From: Dehalococcoidia bacterium
Lineage (GTDB): Bacteria; Chloroflexota; Dehalococcoidia; Bin125
Direction: 5' to 3'
Assembly: GCA_965207365.1 (NCBI GenBank)
Contig: OZ242281.1
Coordinates: 1,471,218 to 1,535,217 of the forward strand
Length of the DNA stretch: 64,000 bases
A program made the position numbers and the translations under genes. Below the pieces are notes generated by a model. It had not been told where the DNA came from. It made no database searches and saw nothing but the letters and a program-made list of their open reading frames with translations. Of this stretch, positions 19,734 to 28,753 are shown one piece after another. Each line of letters starts with the position of its first letter. Position 1 is the first letter of the stretch.

Positions 19734-20142
19734 GCATCGGAGCGGAGGCCTTTGAGAAACTCCCGAGTCCCCTCTCCCCCCTTGCGGAGACTGATGCATA
19801 TCCTCCGATTCCCCTCTCCCCCCCTTGCGGAGGGAGATGTCACGGAGTGACAGAGGGGGGGTCGGCTGGCGACGACCAGATAGGGCCAACAGGCAGGGAA
19901 CCCCCCTCTGCCTTCGGCATCTCCCCCGCAAGGGGGGAGAAGGGGAGTTGTGCATCGGTCTCTTGCGGGGGGAGATGTCACGGAGTGACAGAGGGGGGGT
20001 CGGCTGACACTTACCAGATAAGTATCCCGAACAGCGGACCCCCCTCTGCTGAAGCCTGCCCCTGCGTAGGCAAGGGGCATCTCACCCGCAAGGGGGGAGA
20101 AAGGGAGTTTTCAAAGGCCTCCGCTCCGATGCGGGATTGACG
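19734..20142. repeat. Composite nested palindromic element with ~40-bp terminal inverted repeats (cgtcaatcccgcatcggagcggaggcctttga...)
   Basis: Left end 19734-19773 and right end 20103-20142 are reverse complements. The interior holds one inverted family-A copy plus a partial second copy. Confidence 0.8.
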
Positions 20143-20182
20143 TGAGGACATGGACGCCGATATCTCGTCGGACTTGAGCCGC

Positions 20183-20668
20183 CTACTCCCGCGACAGGTC
20201 GATCGCCCGCCACTGTTTCGGCGTCACCTTGAACACCATCGGCGTCATTGATCGGGAAGACTCCATGTACTGTTCGACCGCTTCGTCATTGGCTGGATCG
20301 CCCCGGCCGACGTATCTCTCTACCAGGCGGCGCAAGATCGGCCATGGATCGGCGTCTGCCTCGCTGGAGTACTCGACGGTGCCGTCAATCCCTACGTGCT
20401 TGGCCGACGGACCCTCCACGTCGATACAGAGCGACATCCGCGGATCTTCCTGTAGATGCTTGCACCAGGTGCTGGTCGGCGCGCCGAGGAACCAGACATG
20501 GCCTGTCGGAGGATTGCTCGCAGGATGCATGTCGTCCGGCACATTGCCCTCCCACAGATACCAGAGCGGAATCGTGTAGGGACTGCCGTCTCCCCGTAGG
20601 GTCGAGAGCACGGCGGGCAGCGGTCGCTGAAGAAACTCGCGCAGCACCTCTGGTTGCATCTCAAACAT
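20183..20668 (-). CDS. PNPOx-fold protein, paralog of 19075-19641
   Basis: Roughly 55% identical by eye to the upstream paralog (LSTLRGDGSPYTIPLWYLWEG ... MVFKVTP). Confidence 0.75.
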   Translation of the reverse strand: MFEMQPEVLREFLQRPLPAVLSTLRGDGSPYTIPLWYLWEGNVPDDMHPASNPPTGHVWFLGAPTSTWCKHLQEDPRMSLCIDVEGPSAKHVGIDGTVEYSSEADADPWPILRRLVERYVGRGDPANDEAVEQYMESSRSMTPMVFKVTPKQWRAIDLSRE

Positions 20669-20682
20669 CGCTCACTCCTCCA

Positions 20683-21597
20683 CTATTGACTCGAGGGCAG
20701 ACCGAGCAGCTCCCGCGCCTCTGAGGGCGAGGCCACCGGACGTCCCACCTCATCGCACAAGCTGACCAACTCTTCCAACAACTCCGTGTTGGTTGGCGTT
20801 CTGGAACCGGCGTAAAAGTCCTCGAGGCCGACTCGGACGTGGCCACCCTTCTCCAGGGCCAGCCTTGCGAAACCGGAACCGACGTTGTCGCCGCCCAAGA
20901 CGGCGACCGACCACTCCAGGCCCGTCCCTTCAAGCATCGAGATGTAGGCGTTCAGGCAAGGCTCGGTCGGGAACATGCCGAAGCCCAGCGGCCCGCGTTC
21001 CATCCCACCGAAGTACAGCTTGACCAGCGATCCCTGCGGCACCAGACCCTGCGCGTGATAGGCCAGCACGACTCGTAGGAATCCCGGCTCGAAGATCGAG
21101 ATGGACGCGCCGCGCCCCATGCGTTGGCAGGTCTCGAACATGTAGCGAGCGTCCCGGTAGGTGTTGATGTAGACGCGATCGTTGGGATTGGGCAACCCGT
21201 GCTCGTCGCCGCCACCGAGGGCGACGCAGCCGGGATCGATCAGTCCTTGTCCCAGCACGCCCGCAGCATGCAGCGCCGGCAGGTGCGAGTAGCGCACCGA
21301 GATCTCGGTGTCATGCCCACCGGAGCCCATCGTCGGATAGAGGATCGCATCGGGTCGCTGCGAAAGCACTTCGCGCCAGGCGTCGATGTAGGGCTGCGGA
21401 TCATGCCAACCGGCCGTCGTCCGAGGCTGATCATGAACAACCTGATCGTCGTTGTGGTTGTGAACAATCGCCGCGCCCGCATCGAGCGCCCGCACCGCAT
21501 CAACAGCAATCTCCTCTACCGATCGAGGAGAGTTCGGATTGCGCGACTGAGGAGTCGCGCCATTGATCGCAGCTTCAATCACCACTGGCTTGGACAT
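20683..21597 (-). CDS. 3-keto-5-aminohexanoate cleavage enzyme family protein (BKACE/DUF849)
   Basis: PVVIEAAINGA N-terminus and TIM-barrel BKACE layout. Confidence 0.75.
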   Translation of the reverse strand: MSKPVVIEAAINGATPQSRNPNSPRSVEEIAVDAVRALDAGAAIVHNHNDDQVVHDQPRTTAGWHDPQPYIDAWREVLSQRPDAILYPTMGSGGHDTEISVRYSHLPALHAAGVLGQGLIDPGCVALGGGDEHGLPNPNDRVYINTYRDARYMFETCQRMGRGASISIFEPGFLRVVLAYHAQGLVPQGSLVKLYFGGMERGPLGFGMFPTEPCLNAYISMLEGTGLEWSVAVLGGDNVGSGFARLALEKGGHVRVGLEDFYAGSRTPTNTELLEELVSLCDEVGRPVASPSEARELLGLPSSQ

Positions 21598-21640
21598 GGC
21601 ACAGCCTCCATCTCGAAAGGCAGTCTATGACTCTGCACGA

Positions 21641-21770
21641 GCTCCCCCATTGGGGGAGCTGTCGCGGAGCGACTGAGGGGGCTCCCAGTATGGGCACATT
21701 CGCCGACTGCCATTCGATCGCTGCGGGTCCCCTCCGCCCCTTCGGGGCACCTCCCCCGAGGGGGGAGGTC
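21641..21770. repeat. Palindromic repeat, family C copy 2
   Basis: gagctcccccattgggggagctgtcgcggagcgactgaggggg ... cacctcccccgaggggggaggtc. Matches 3231-3334. Confidence 0.6.
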
Positions 21771-21849
21771 TTATGGCAGTCCCGTGATCAGGGTGTGGCA
21801 ATTCCAATCTCGATTTCCGATACTGGCCCTGAACGAATAGGACTTCACC

Positions 21850-23154
21850 ATGCTGATCGGCTACTTCACCGAGCGCCCCTACCAGGACCCTGAGACCGGA
21901 TTCTTTGGCGCCACCGGGCTTGACCTGACCGACCTCGACGCCTCCAACTCGGCCTATGACCCTCGCGTCGGTTCCGAACTGTACCACCGCTACCTCGACG
22001 AGAAAATCTATGCCGAGGAGATGGGCTTCGATGCGTTGATGCTCAACGAGCATCATTCGACACCCTTCTGTATGGGCTCGGTGATGAACGTCGAAGCGGC
22101 AATCCTCGCCCGAATTACGAAGAACGCCAAGATTGTCCTGCTGGGCAACATCCTGCCGATCTGGGAAGATCCGCTGTGGCTGGCCGAGACGCTGGCTCAG
22201 ATTGACATGATCTCTGAAGGTCGGCTGGTCACCGGCTGGGTACGCGGCGGCGGACGCGAGTCGGTCTCGCACAACGCTCAGGCGCCCTTCAACTGGGAAC
22301 GCTTCCAGGAGGCGCACGACTTCGTCGTTAAGGCCTGGTCAACGCCCGGCCCCTTCCGCTGGGAGGGCGAGCACTACAACTTCCGCTACGTGAACCCATG
22401 GTCGCGACCGATCCAGGATCCGCATCCGCAGATCTGGATTCCCGGCATCATGAGCCGCAACACGGTCAAGTGGACCGCCGAGCATCGCTACCCCTACGTG
22501 ATGCTCGCCACCGACCTTGAACCGACCAAGCAGTCGTTCGCCTACTACGACGAGGTGGCCAAGGAAAACGGCTACGAAGCCGGCTCGCAGCATCACGGCT
22601 ACCTGTTCAAGGTCCACGTCGACGAGACCGAGGAATTGGCCGAGGAGGCCGGCCGACGCTACCTGCAAGGTCCCTCAAACCCGTTCCTCGAGGGCAACCA
22701 GGGCGTTGTCAAGTCGCACTTGCAGAACCTGCCCGGACTCACGTCCCGGACCAACGTGCTGCCCACGATCCAGAACTTCGCCGCCGCCGCATCACGAGGT
22801 CGCACTGCCGCCGCCGAGGCTGCGCTCGCGGCTCGCGAGAAGGAGCAGCCCGAGGCCTCAGACATCTTCGGCTCCTACGAGGATCAGAAGCAGCGCATGA
22901 CGATCATCACGGGCACGCCAAAGACGGTCATCCCCAAGATCCGTCACGTGCTCGAGTACCTGCGTCCCGGCCAGATCTTCTTCTGGGACGGCGACGGAGC
23001 CATGACCCACCAGGACTCGATGCGCTCACTCCGCCTTTTCGGAGAAGAGGTCATCCCAGCGACGCGGGAGATTGCGAAAGAGCTGGACCTAAAGTCAGCA
23101 TTCGAGGTCAGCACCAAGACGGGTGAAGATCTGACAGTCGCGGCTGGCGACTGA
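21850..23154 (+). CDS. LLM-class flavin/F420-dependent oxidoreductase (luciferase-like monooxygenase)
   Basis: Luciferase-like TIM barrel (GFDALMLNEHH, LVTGWVRGG). Confidence 0.8.
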   Translation: MLIGYFTERPYQDPETGFFGATGLDLTDLDASNSAYDPRVGSELYHRYLDEKIYAEEMGFDALMLNEHHSTPFCMGSVMNVEAAILARITKNAKIVLLGNILPIWEDPLWLAETLAQIDMISEGRLVTGWVRGGGRESVSHNAQAPFNWERFQEAHDFVVKAWSTPGPFRWEGEHYNFRYVNPWSRPIQDPHPQIWIPGIMSRNTVKWTAEHRYPYVMLATDLEPTKQSFAYYDEVAKENGYEAGSQHHGYLFKVHVDETEELAEEAGRRYLQGPSNPFLEGNQGVVKSHLQNLPGLTSRTNVLPTIQNFAAAASRGRTAAAEAALAAREKEQPEASDIFGSYEDQKQRMTIITGTPKTVIPKIRHVLEYLRPGQIFFWDGDGAMTHQDSMRSLRLFGEEVIPATREIAKELDLKSAFEVSTKTGEDLTVAAGD

Positions 23155-23179
23155 TTGGGCAGGCTGTCTCATCGAAGCC

Positions 23180-23431
23180 ATGCGCTTGGAATTTAGTCAA
23201 CACGCCGCCGATGCGTTGCTCGATCGCAAGATCGAGCGCGAATGGGTTGAGCAAACGGTTGCGACGCCAGCGTCACGCGAGACGGATCCAAACGACCCGG
23301 CACTCGAACGGTTTTACGGGCCGGTCCCAGAGCGAGAAGATCGTGTGCTCCGCGTCGTCGTGAATACGCGCGCTGAACCGTGGCGCGTAGTAACGGTATT
23401 CTTCGATCACAAGAGGCGAGGAACGCGATGA
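23180..23431 (+). CDS. DUF4258-like toxin-type small protein
   Basis: 83 aa. Stop overlaps the next gene's start (ATGA). The pattern resembles DUF4258. Confidence 0.6.
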   Translation: MRLEFSQHAADALLDRKIEREWVEQTVATPASRETDPNDPALERFYGPVPEREDRVLRVVVNTRAEPWRVVTVFFDHKRRGTR

Positions 23432-23628
23432 AGCTCAAGATCGACAAAGAGGCCGACGCGCTCTATCTGCGCCTGGATGAATCGGACATTGTTGAGTCTG
23501 AGGAAATCTCGCCGGGGATTGTAGTCGACTACAACGACGCAGACCTCGTCGTCGGCATCGAAATCCTGTACTTGTCTCGGCGCTCGCCTGAGGCTGACCT
23601 CTCTTCACTGCTGTTCGTGACGGCCTGA
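23428..23628 (+). CDS. DUF2283-like antitoxin-type small protein
   Basis: MKLKIDKEADALYLRL ... VVDYNDADLVVGIEIL is the typical DUF2283 pattern. Translationally coupled to the upstream gene. Confidence 0.6.
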   Translation: MKLKIDKEADALYLRLDESDIVESEEISPGIVVDYNDADLVVGIEILYLSRRSPEADLSSLLFVTA

Positions 23629-23633
23629 GCGTC

Positions 23634-24611
23634 CTATCGCAGCTCTTCTACGATCTCGGCCAACTCGGCCATCGCCTGCATCTGCTGATCGGGTGGAACA
23701 TCCCAGTTGGGTGTGCGGTACGCGGGGATGCTGAGGGCGTGTTCCAGGCCGGCCTCCCCGTATTGCCCCAGCTTGTCGACGATTTCATCTCTTGAACCTC
23801 CGACCACGGCAGGGAATCCCCTAACCGAGTCCGGATCGCCGTCGAGCAGCACCATTGGCCCCAGCATCGAGATCTCAAGCTCCGACATATCTCGGCCGAC
23901 GCGTTCCATCTCCTCCTGGACGATCGCCAGTTCCTCGCGGATCTGGTCCGGTTCGGACGTGATCGTGTGGTAGCCGGTGCCGTATCGAGCTACGCGACGT
24001 GCCGCGATCCTGCCCTTGCCACCGATCCAGACCGGAACGTGGGGTTGCTGGTAACAGGCGCACAGGCCGCCCAGGTTGTCGAATTGGCGGAAGTGGCCTT
24101 CATGCGAGATTGGCTCACGATTGACGCCGTGGGTCCAGGCACTGATCGCGATCGACATCCACTCATCGGTCATCGCGCCGCGACGCTCAAACGGCTCGCC
24201 GCCGAGTCCAAGCGCCTCAAACTCCTCCTCCATCCAGCCGACGCCGATGCCGAGCAGTACGCGACCCTCGGATAGCTGGTCGACCGTCGCGATCATCTGC
24301 GCCTGGAAGAGCGGATCCCGGTAAGGAATGATCAGCACCGAAGTACCGATCTGGATCTCGGAGGTGCGCACCGCGACCGCCGACATCACCGCGAGCGGAT
24401 CCATGATGTCCTGGTGATAGGCAAACCCGGCGACACCGGAATCGTTATAGGGATAGCGCGACTTGATCCGCGCCGGCATGAACACGTGATCATGCACCCA
24501 GACGGAGTCGAAACCGAGCAGCTCGGCGCGCTCGGCGATGTCGATCACGTCGTTGATGTCGCCGAACTTGCCGGCCGTGCCAAAGTTGCCAATCGGGATT
24601 CCGAATCTCAT
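23634..24611 (-). CDS. LLM-class F420-dependent oxidoreductase
   Basis: MRFGIPIGNFG ... GFDSVWVHDH ... luciferase-like fold, 325 aa. Confidence 0.8.
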   Translation of the reverse strand: MRFGIPIGNFGTAGKFGDINDVIDIAERAELLGFDSVWVHDHVFMPARIKSRYPYNDSGVAGFAYHQDIMDPLAVMSAVAVRTSEIQIGTSVLIIPYRDPLFQAQMIATVDQLSEGRVLLGIGVGWMEEEFEALGLGGEPFERRGAMTDEWMSIAISAWTHGVNREPISHEGHFRQFDNLGGLCACYQQPHVPVWIGGKGRIAARRVARYGTGYHTITSEPDQIREELAIVQEEMERVGRDMSELEISMLGPMVLLDGDPDSVRGFPAVVGGSRDEIVDKLGQYGEAGLEHALSIPAYRTPNWDVPPDQQMQAMAELAEIVEELR

Positions 24612-24663
24612 CTGTTGTCTCCTCAGTCAGTTCCCAGTCTTCGGTACGACGGGTAGGCACAAG

Positions 24664-24708
24664 GCCTACCCCTGCAGGATCTTGTAGGGGCGACCCTTGT
24701 GGTCGCCC
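24664..24708. repeat. Solo family-D hairpin unit (cttgtaGGGGCGACCcttgtGGTCGCCC)
   Basis: Same 30-bp unit as the tandem array at 775-930, preceded by a partial inverted copy. Confidence 0.6.
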
Positions 24709-24723
24709 AATCCCTGTGTGCCT

Positions 24724-25698
24724 TCAGGCAAATGCCGGCAGGATTTCGTCGGCGACGAACTGCATGCTGTTGATCACCTGCTCGACGGTGGTATCGCCCT
24801 CGGGGCTGACCATCATGGGCGTGGCGATCAGATGCTCGACTCCGACTCGACCGAAGGCGAGCAGGTCGGAGGCGATTTGATCGGGCGAGCCGTGCAGTAG
24901 CGGCCGGTCGTCCTCGTCCAACGCGGTGTCGGACGGGCGCATCGCCTGCAGCAACTGGATTTCTAGCTCGTCCGGGTCGCGACGGTCGCGCTCGCACTCG
25001 TGGCGCACGCCTTCGACCTCGACTGCCATGTTCTCGACGGTCTGGAAGGCGGCGTGAAAACCGTCTCCGTATCGAGACGCGCGACGCCACGCATTGATGC
25101 CGTTGCCGCCGATTACGATCGGGATTGTGCCGCCGCCCTCTCGCTGGACGGGCTTGGGATAGGCGCCGACGTTGTGGAAGTCAATGAACTGTCCGTGAAA
25201 CGAGGATGGCCCCGGATTGGTCCATATCTCGCGCATCGCTCGCAGGTACTCATTGGTCACGGCGCCCCGACGGCGGTAGTGGACATCGGTCAGGCCGAGC
25301 GCTTCGAACTCCTCGCGCATCCAGCCCACGCCGGCGCCCAGTACGATTCGCCCGCCGGAGATCTGGTCGGCAGCGGCGAGCATCTTGGCCACGACTGCCG
25401 GATGACGATAGGGAATGACCAGGACCGAACAGCCAATCTCGACCGATTGCGTCGCTTCGGCCAGCGCGCACATGACGGCCAGGGGTTCGAAGCACTGGAT
25501 CGTCGATGGCGCGGGAAACTCGCCCAGATCGTTGTATGGATAGCGCGATTCAATCTGCGTCGGGACGACGATGTGGTCGTTGGTCCAGACGGAATCGAAG
25601 CCAAGGTCCTCGGCTGCCTGCGCGACATCGATGCAGGCGTTGGGTCCCGATTCGTCGTTGAACCCGTTCATGTTGCCGACGGTGACGCCGAAGCGCAT
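24724..25698 (-). CDS. LLM-class F420-dependent oxidoreductase (paralog of 23634-24611)
   Basis: MRFGVTVGNMNGF ... GFDSVWTNDH. Start taken at 25698 (the ORF is open further upstream). Confidence 0.8.
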   Translation of the reverse strand: MRFGVTVGNMNGFNDESGPNACIDVAQAAEDLGFDSVWTNDHIVVPTQIESRYPYNDLGEFPAPSTIQCFEPLAVMCALAEATQSVEIGCSVLVIPYRHPAVVAKMLAAADQISGGRIVLGAGVGWMREEFEALGLTDVHYRRRGAVTNEYLRAMREIWTNPGPSSFHGQFIDFHNVGAYPKPVQREGGGTIPIVIGGNGINAWRRASRYGDGFHAAFQTVENMAVEVEGVRHECERDRRDPDELEIQLLQAMRPSDTALDEDDRPLLHGSPDQIASDLLAFGRVGVEHLIATPMMVSPEGDTTVEQVINSMQFVADEILPAFA

Positions 25699-25855
25699 GA
25701 TGTCTGCCTCAACTTTCTGCCCTGATTCGATCGGGTTGCGCCGCTGAGCGGCATCCGGCCTCACGGTGTGGGTGAATGGTAAGCGTTCGTGGATACACTG
25801 AGCGACGGGGCAGGTTGGCCGGGTAGGCAAGTCGGTTCAGAGGGGCAGGCGCGAC

Positions 25856-26914
25856 GTGTCGGAGTGGGCCAGGACCGGACAACCCGAGGATGCCGAGCCG
25901 ACGGCAACGGCGACGGCGGCGAGCGTGCCTCAGTCCGATCCCGCCGTGTTGCCAACGCCTCAGATGCCCAACGACTCGCCGCTCGCGGCGTTGCGAGCCG
26001 AGATTGGCCGCGTCATCGTGGGTCAGGACGGCCTGGTCACCCGGCTCCTGGTGGCCTTGCTGTGCGACGGTCATTGCCTCGTTGAGGGCGTGCCGGGGCT
26101 GGCCAAAACGTTGACGGTTTCGACACTGGCCGGATGTCTCGATGCAGGTTACGCACGACTCCAATTCACGCCCGACCTGCTGCCCGCCGACCTGACCGGA
26201 TCGGAAATCTACAACGCCGCCGAGTCGCGCTTTGAGGTCCGCACCGGACCGATCTTCACCAATGTCCTGCTGGCCGATGAGATCAATCGCGCGCCGGCCA
26301 AGGTGCAGTCTGCGTTGCTCGAAGCGATGCAGGAGCGGCAGGTCTCGATTGGCGGTGAAACGTTCCCGTTGCCCTCGCCCTTCCTCGTACTGGCGACCCA
26401 GAATCCGATCGAGCAGGAAGGCACCTATCCGTTGCCGGAGGCGCAGCTTGACCGGTTCTTGCTCAATGTGCGCGTTGACTATCCGGGAGAACTGGACGAG
26501 CGCGAGGTCCTCGACCGGACGCTCTCCGGCAGCAATGTGCAGGTCAATCCAGTCGTGACGCTTGACGGCGTCGTCTCAGCGCGTCGTTCGGTCGCCGACG
26601 TACACATGGACCCGTTGCTGCGTGACTACATTGTCCAACTCGTCCGGGCGACGCGGACGCCGGGCAGAATGGTGCGGGAGTTGGCTGCGTACGTCGAGTT
26701 CGGCGCCTCTCCTCGCGCCACGACGGCACTGGCGATGAGCGCTCGCGCCCTGGCCTGGCTCTCGGGTCGCGACTACGCCACGCCGGACGATGTCAAAGCG
26801 ATGGCGCTGGATGCGCTGCGGCACCGAATCGTTCTGAGCTACGAGGCTGAGGCCGATGAGGTCACGGCCGACGACGTGATCGCGCGGCTACTCACGGCGC
26901 TGCCGATGCCTTAG
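25856..26914 (+). CDS. MoxR-family AAA+ ATPase
   Basis: Walker A (GVPGLAKT), Walker B (LLADEINRA) and the MoxR C-terminal domain. Confidence 0.85.
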   Translation: MSEWARTGQPEDAEPTATATAASVPQSDPAVLPTPQMPNDSPLAALRAEIGRVIVGQDGLVTRLLVALLCDGHCLVEGVPGLAKTLTVSTLAGCLDAGYARLQFTPDLLPADLTGSEIYNAAESRFEVRTGPIFTNVLLADEINRAPAKVQSALLEAMQERQVSIGGETFPLPSPFLVLATQNPIEQEGTYPLPEAQLDRFLLNVRVDYPGELDEREVLDRTLSGSNVQVNPVVTLDGVVSARRSVADVHMDPLLRDYIVQLVRATRTPGRMVRELAAYVEFGASPRATTALAMSARALAWLSGRDYATPDDVKAMALDALRHRIVLSYEAEADEVTADDVIARLLTALPMP

Positions 26915-26921
26915 GTCTGCC

Positions 26922-27872
26922 ATGCCGCGGCTTCAGCGCTTACGAGAGTGGATCGCTCCTCCCATCCCGGAGGCGGAACCGACGACGCCATCGCTCGACG
27001 AAGTGCGCCAGCAAGTGCGCCACATTGAAATCCGCGCGCGACGCGCGTTGCGGGATGCGCTCGCGGGCGAGTATCGGACGGCGTTCCGAGGGCGCGGCCT
27101 TGAGTTCGCAGAACTGCAGCCCTACTCGCCCGGCGATGACGTGCGCGCCATCGACTGGAAAGCGACGGCGCGGCTGCGCTCGCCGGTGGTGCGCCGCTAC
27201 GTCGAGGAACGCGAGCAGACGGTGCTCGTGCTCGTCGATGTCTCGGGCTCGATGGGCTTCGCCGCCACGGGACCATCGGTCCGCGACCGCTCGGTCGAGA
27301 TCGCCGGGGTGCTCGGACTGGCTGCTGCAGGTTCGAATGACCTGGTTGGGCTCGCAGCATTTGCCAACGACGTCGTGCTCGCCGTGGCCCCGGCCAAGGG
27401 GTCGAGCCACGTGCTGCGCATCCTGCGCGACCTCTTGACCCTCCGCGCCGCAGGTCGCACCGAGATGGCCCGGGCGCTGCGCTATGCCGGTCGCGTCATG
27501 CGGCGGCGCGGCGTGGTCATCGTGATTTCCGACTTCATCGCCACGCACCCGGATCACGTCTGGGAGCCTGCGCTGGCGCAGCTCAGCCGACGTCACGACG
27601 TAGTCGCGATCTGCGTCCGTGACAGTCGCGAAACAGCTCTGACCGAAGCAACGCAGCAGTCAATCGTCCATTGGGGCGGAGCCGAGCGCGGCGACATGGT
27701 GCTCGCCGACCAGGACACCTCGCGGATTCAACAGCGGCAGTTGGAATCCGAGCAACAGGGCATGCTTCAGCGCCTGAGGCAATGCGGCTGCGACGCGGTG
27801 ATGATCTCGACCGAGGACGACTGGGTACCAGAGGTTGTTGGTCTGTTCCGACAGCGGCGGAAACGACAATGA
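26922..27872 (+). CDS. DUF58 (vWA-like) protein
   Basis: VLVLVDVSGSM MIDAS-like motif. Follows MoxR directly, as in canonical MoxR operons. Confidence 0.8.
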   Translation: MPRLQRLREWIAPPIPEAEPTTPSLDEVRQQVRHIEIRARRALRDALAGEYRTAFRGRGLEFAELQPYSPGDDVRAIDWKATARLRSPVVRRYVEEREQTVLVLVDVSGSMGFAATGPSVRDRSVEIAGVLGLAAAGSNDLVGLAAFANDVVLAVAPAKGSSHVLRILRDLLTLRAAGRTEMARALRYAGRVMRRRGVVIVISDFIATHPDHVWEPALAQLSRRHDVVAICVRDSRETALTEATQQSIVHWGGAERGDMVLADQDTSRIQQRQLESEQQGMLQRLRQCGCDAVMISTEDDWVPEVVGLFRQRRKRQ

Positions 27873-28753
27873 CGTGCCGCAGTCTGCTAGCCCTGCTCTT
27901 CGCCGCCGCAATACTACTCCCGGCCACGGTGAGAGCGCAGGAGCCTGCGGTCGACGTGCAGGTGCTTCCCGAGGGTGAACTGACGGTCGGCGACCCCGTG
28001 GAGATCCGAGTCGCTCTCTCACACGAGGCAGGAGCGCAAGTGTCGATGGACGGCTCGATCGTGCAGATGGGAGGGATGGAACCCTCTGCGCCGGTGATCT
28101 CGATGCAGAGCGAAACACAAACGCTGGTGCTCTTCCAGACGCGGGCGTTCACATCAGGGCAGTTCGAAGTCGAGTTGCCACCGATTCCAGTGCTCGGCGC
28201 CGACCAGGCTCTGACTGAAGTGCCACTCGATCCAGTGATGATCGGGATTGCCTCACTCATCGACGGTGAAACCGAACCGCGACCGCTCAGTGGTCCCGAC
28301 CTGTTGGCCGGCGAGGGCCGTACGTTTGCTCCCTGGATCGTGGCGATCATCGGGATTGGGCTCGGCTTCGTCCTGGCCAGGCTGGTACGTCGCTGGCGCG
28401 GAGCCCAGGTTGCCGCCGAAGGCGCCCAGACGATGGAGCCGTCGTCGCCGGCGCAGATGTCGTTCGCGATGGATTCCTCACTGGAAGCGGCGGAACAGTG
28501 CCGCCTATTGGCGACCACCGTCAGAGCTCGGCTGGGCCGCGACTGGTTGCTGCCGGCATCGGCCTTGACTGCTTCGGAAATCGGTCCGGCGCTCGCCGCG
28601 GCCGGAGCGCCAGGCGTGGTGGTCCTCAGGGTCACCAGGCTCTTGGAAGCCTGCGATCGCGTGCAGTTCGGCGGAGAACAACCAACACCTGAGCGATTGC
28701 AGGGGTATCAGCAGCTCGCAGAAGCGATCTGGTCGGACGGTGAGCGGTCATGA
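27869..28753 (+). CDS. secreted/membrane hypothetical protein in the Bat-like operon (DUF4381/BatD-like position)
   Basis: Signal peptide (LLALLFAAAILLPATVRA) and a mid-protein TM helix (WIVAIIGIGLGFVLA). ATGA-coupled on both sides. Confidence 0.5.
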   Translation: MTCRSLLALLFAAAILLPATVRAQEPAVDVQVLPEGELTVGDPVEIRVALSHEAGAQVSMDGSIVQMGGMEPSAPVISMQSETQTLVLFQTRAFTSGQFEVELPPIPVLGADQALTEVPLDPVMIGIASLIDGETEPRPLSGPDLLAGEGRTFAPWIVAIIGIGLGFVLARLVRRWRGAQVAAEGAQTMEPSSPAQMSFAMDSSLEAAEQCRLLATTVRARLGRDWLLPASALTASEIGPALAAAGAPGVVVLRVTRLLEACDRVQFGGEQPTPERLQGYQQLAEAIWSDGERS

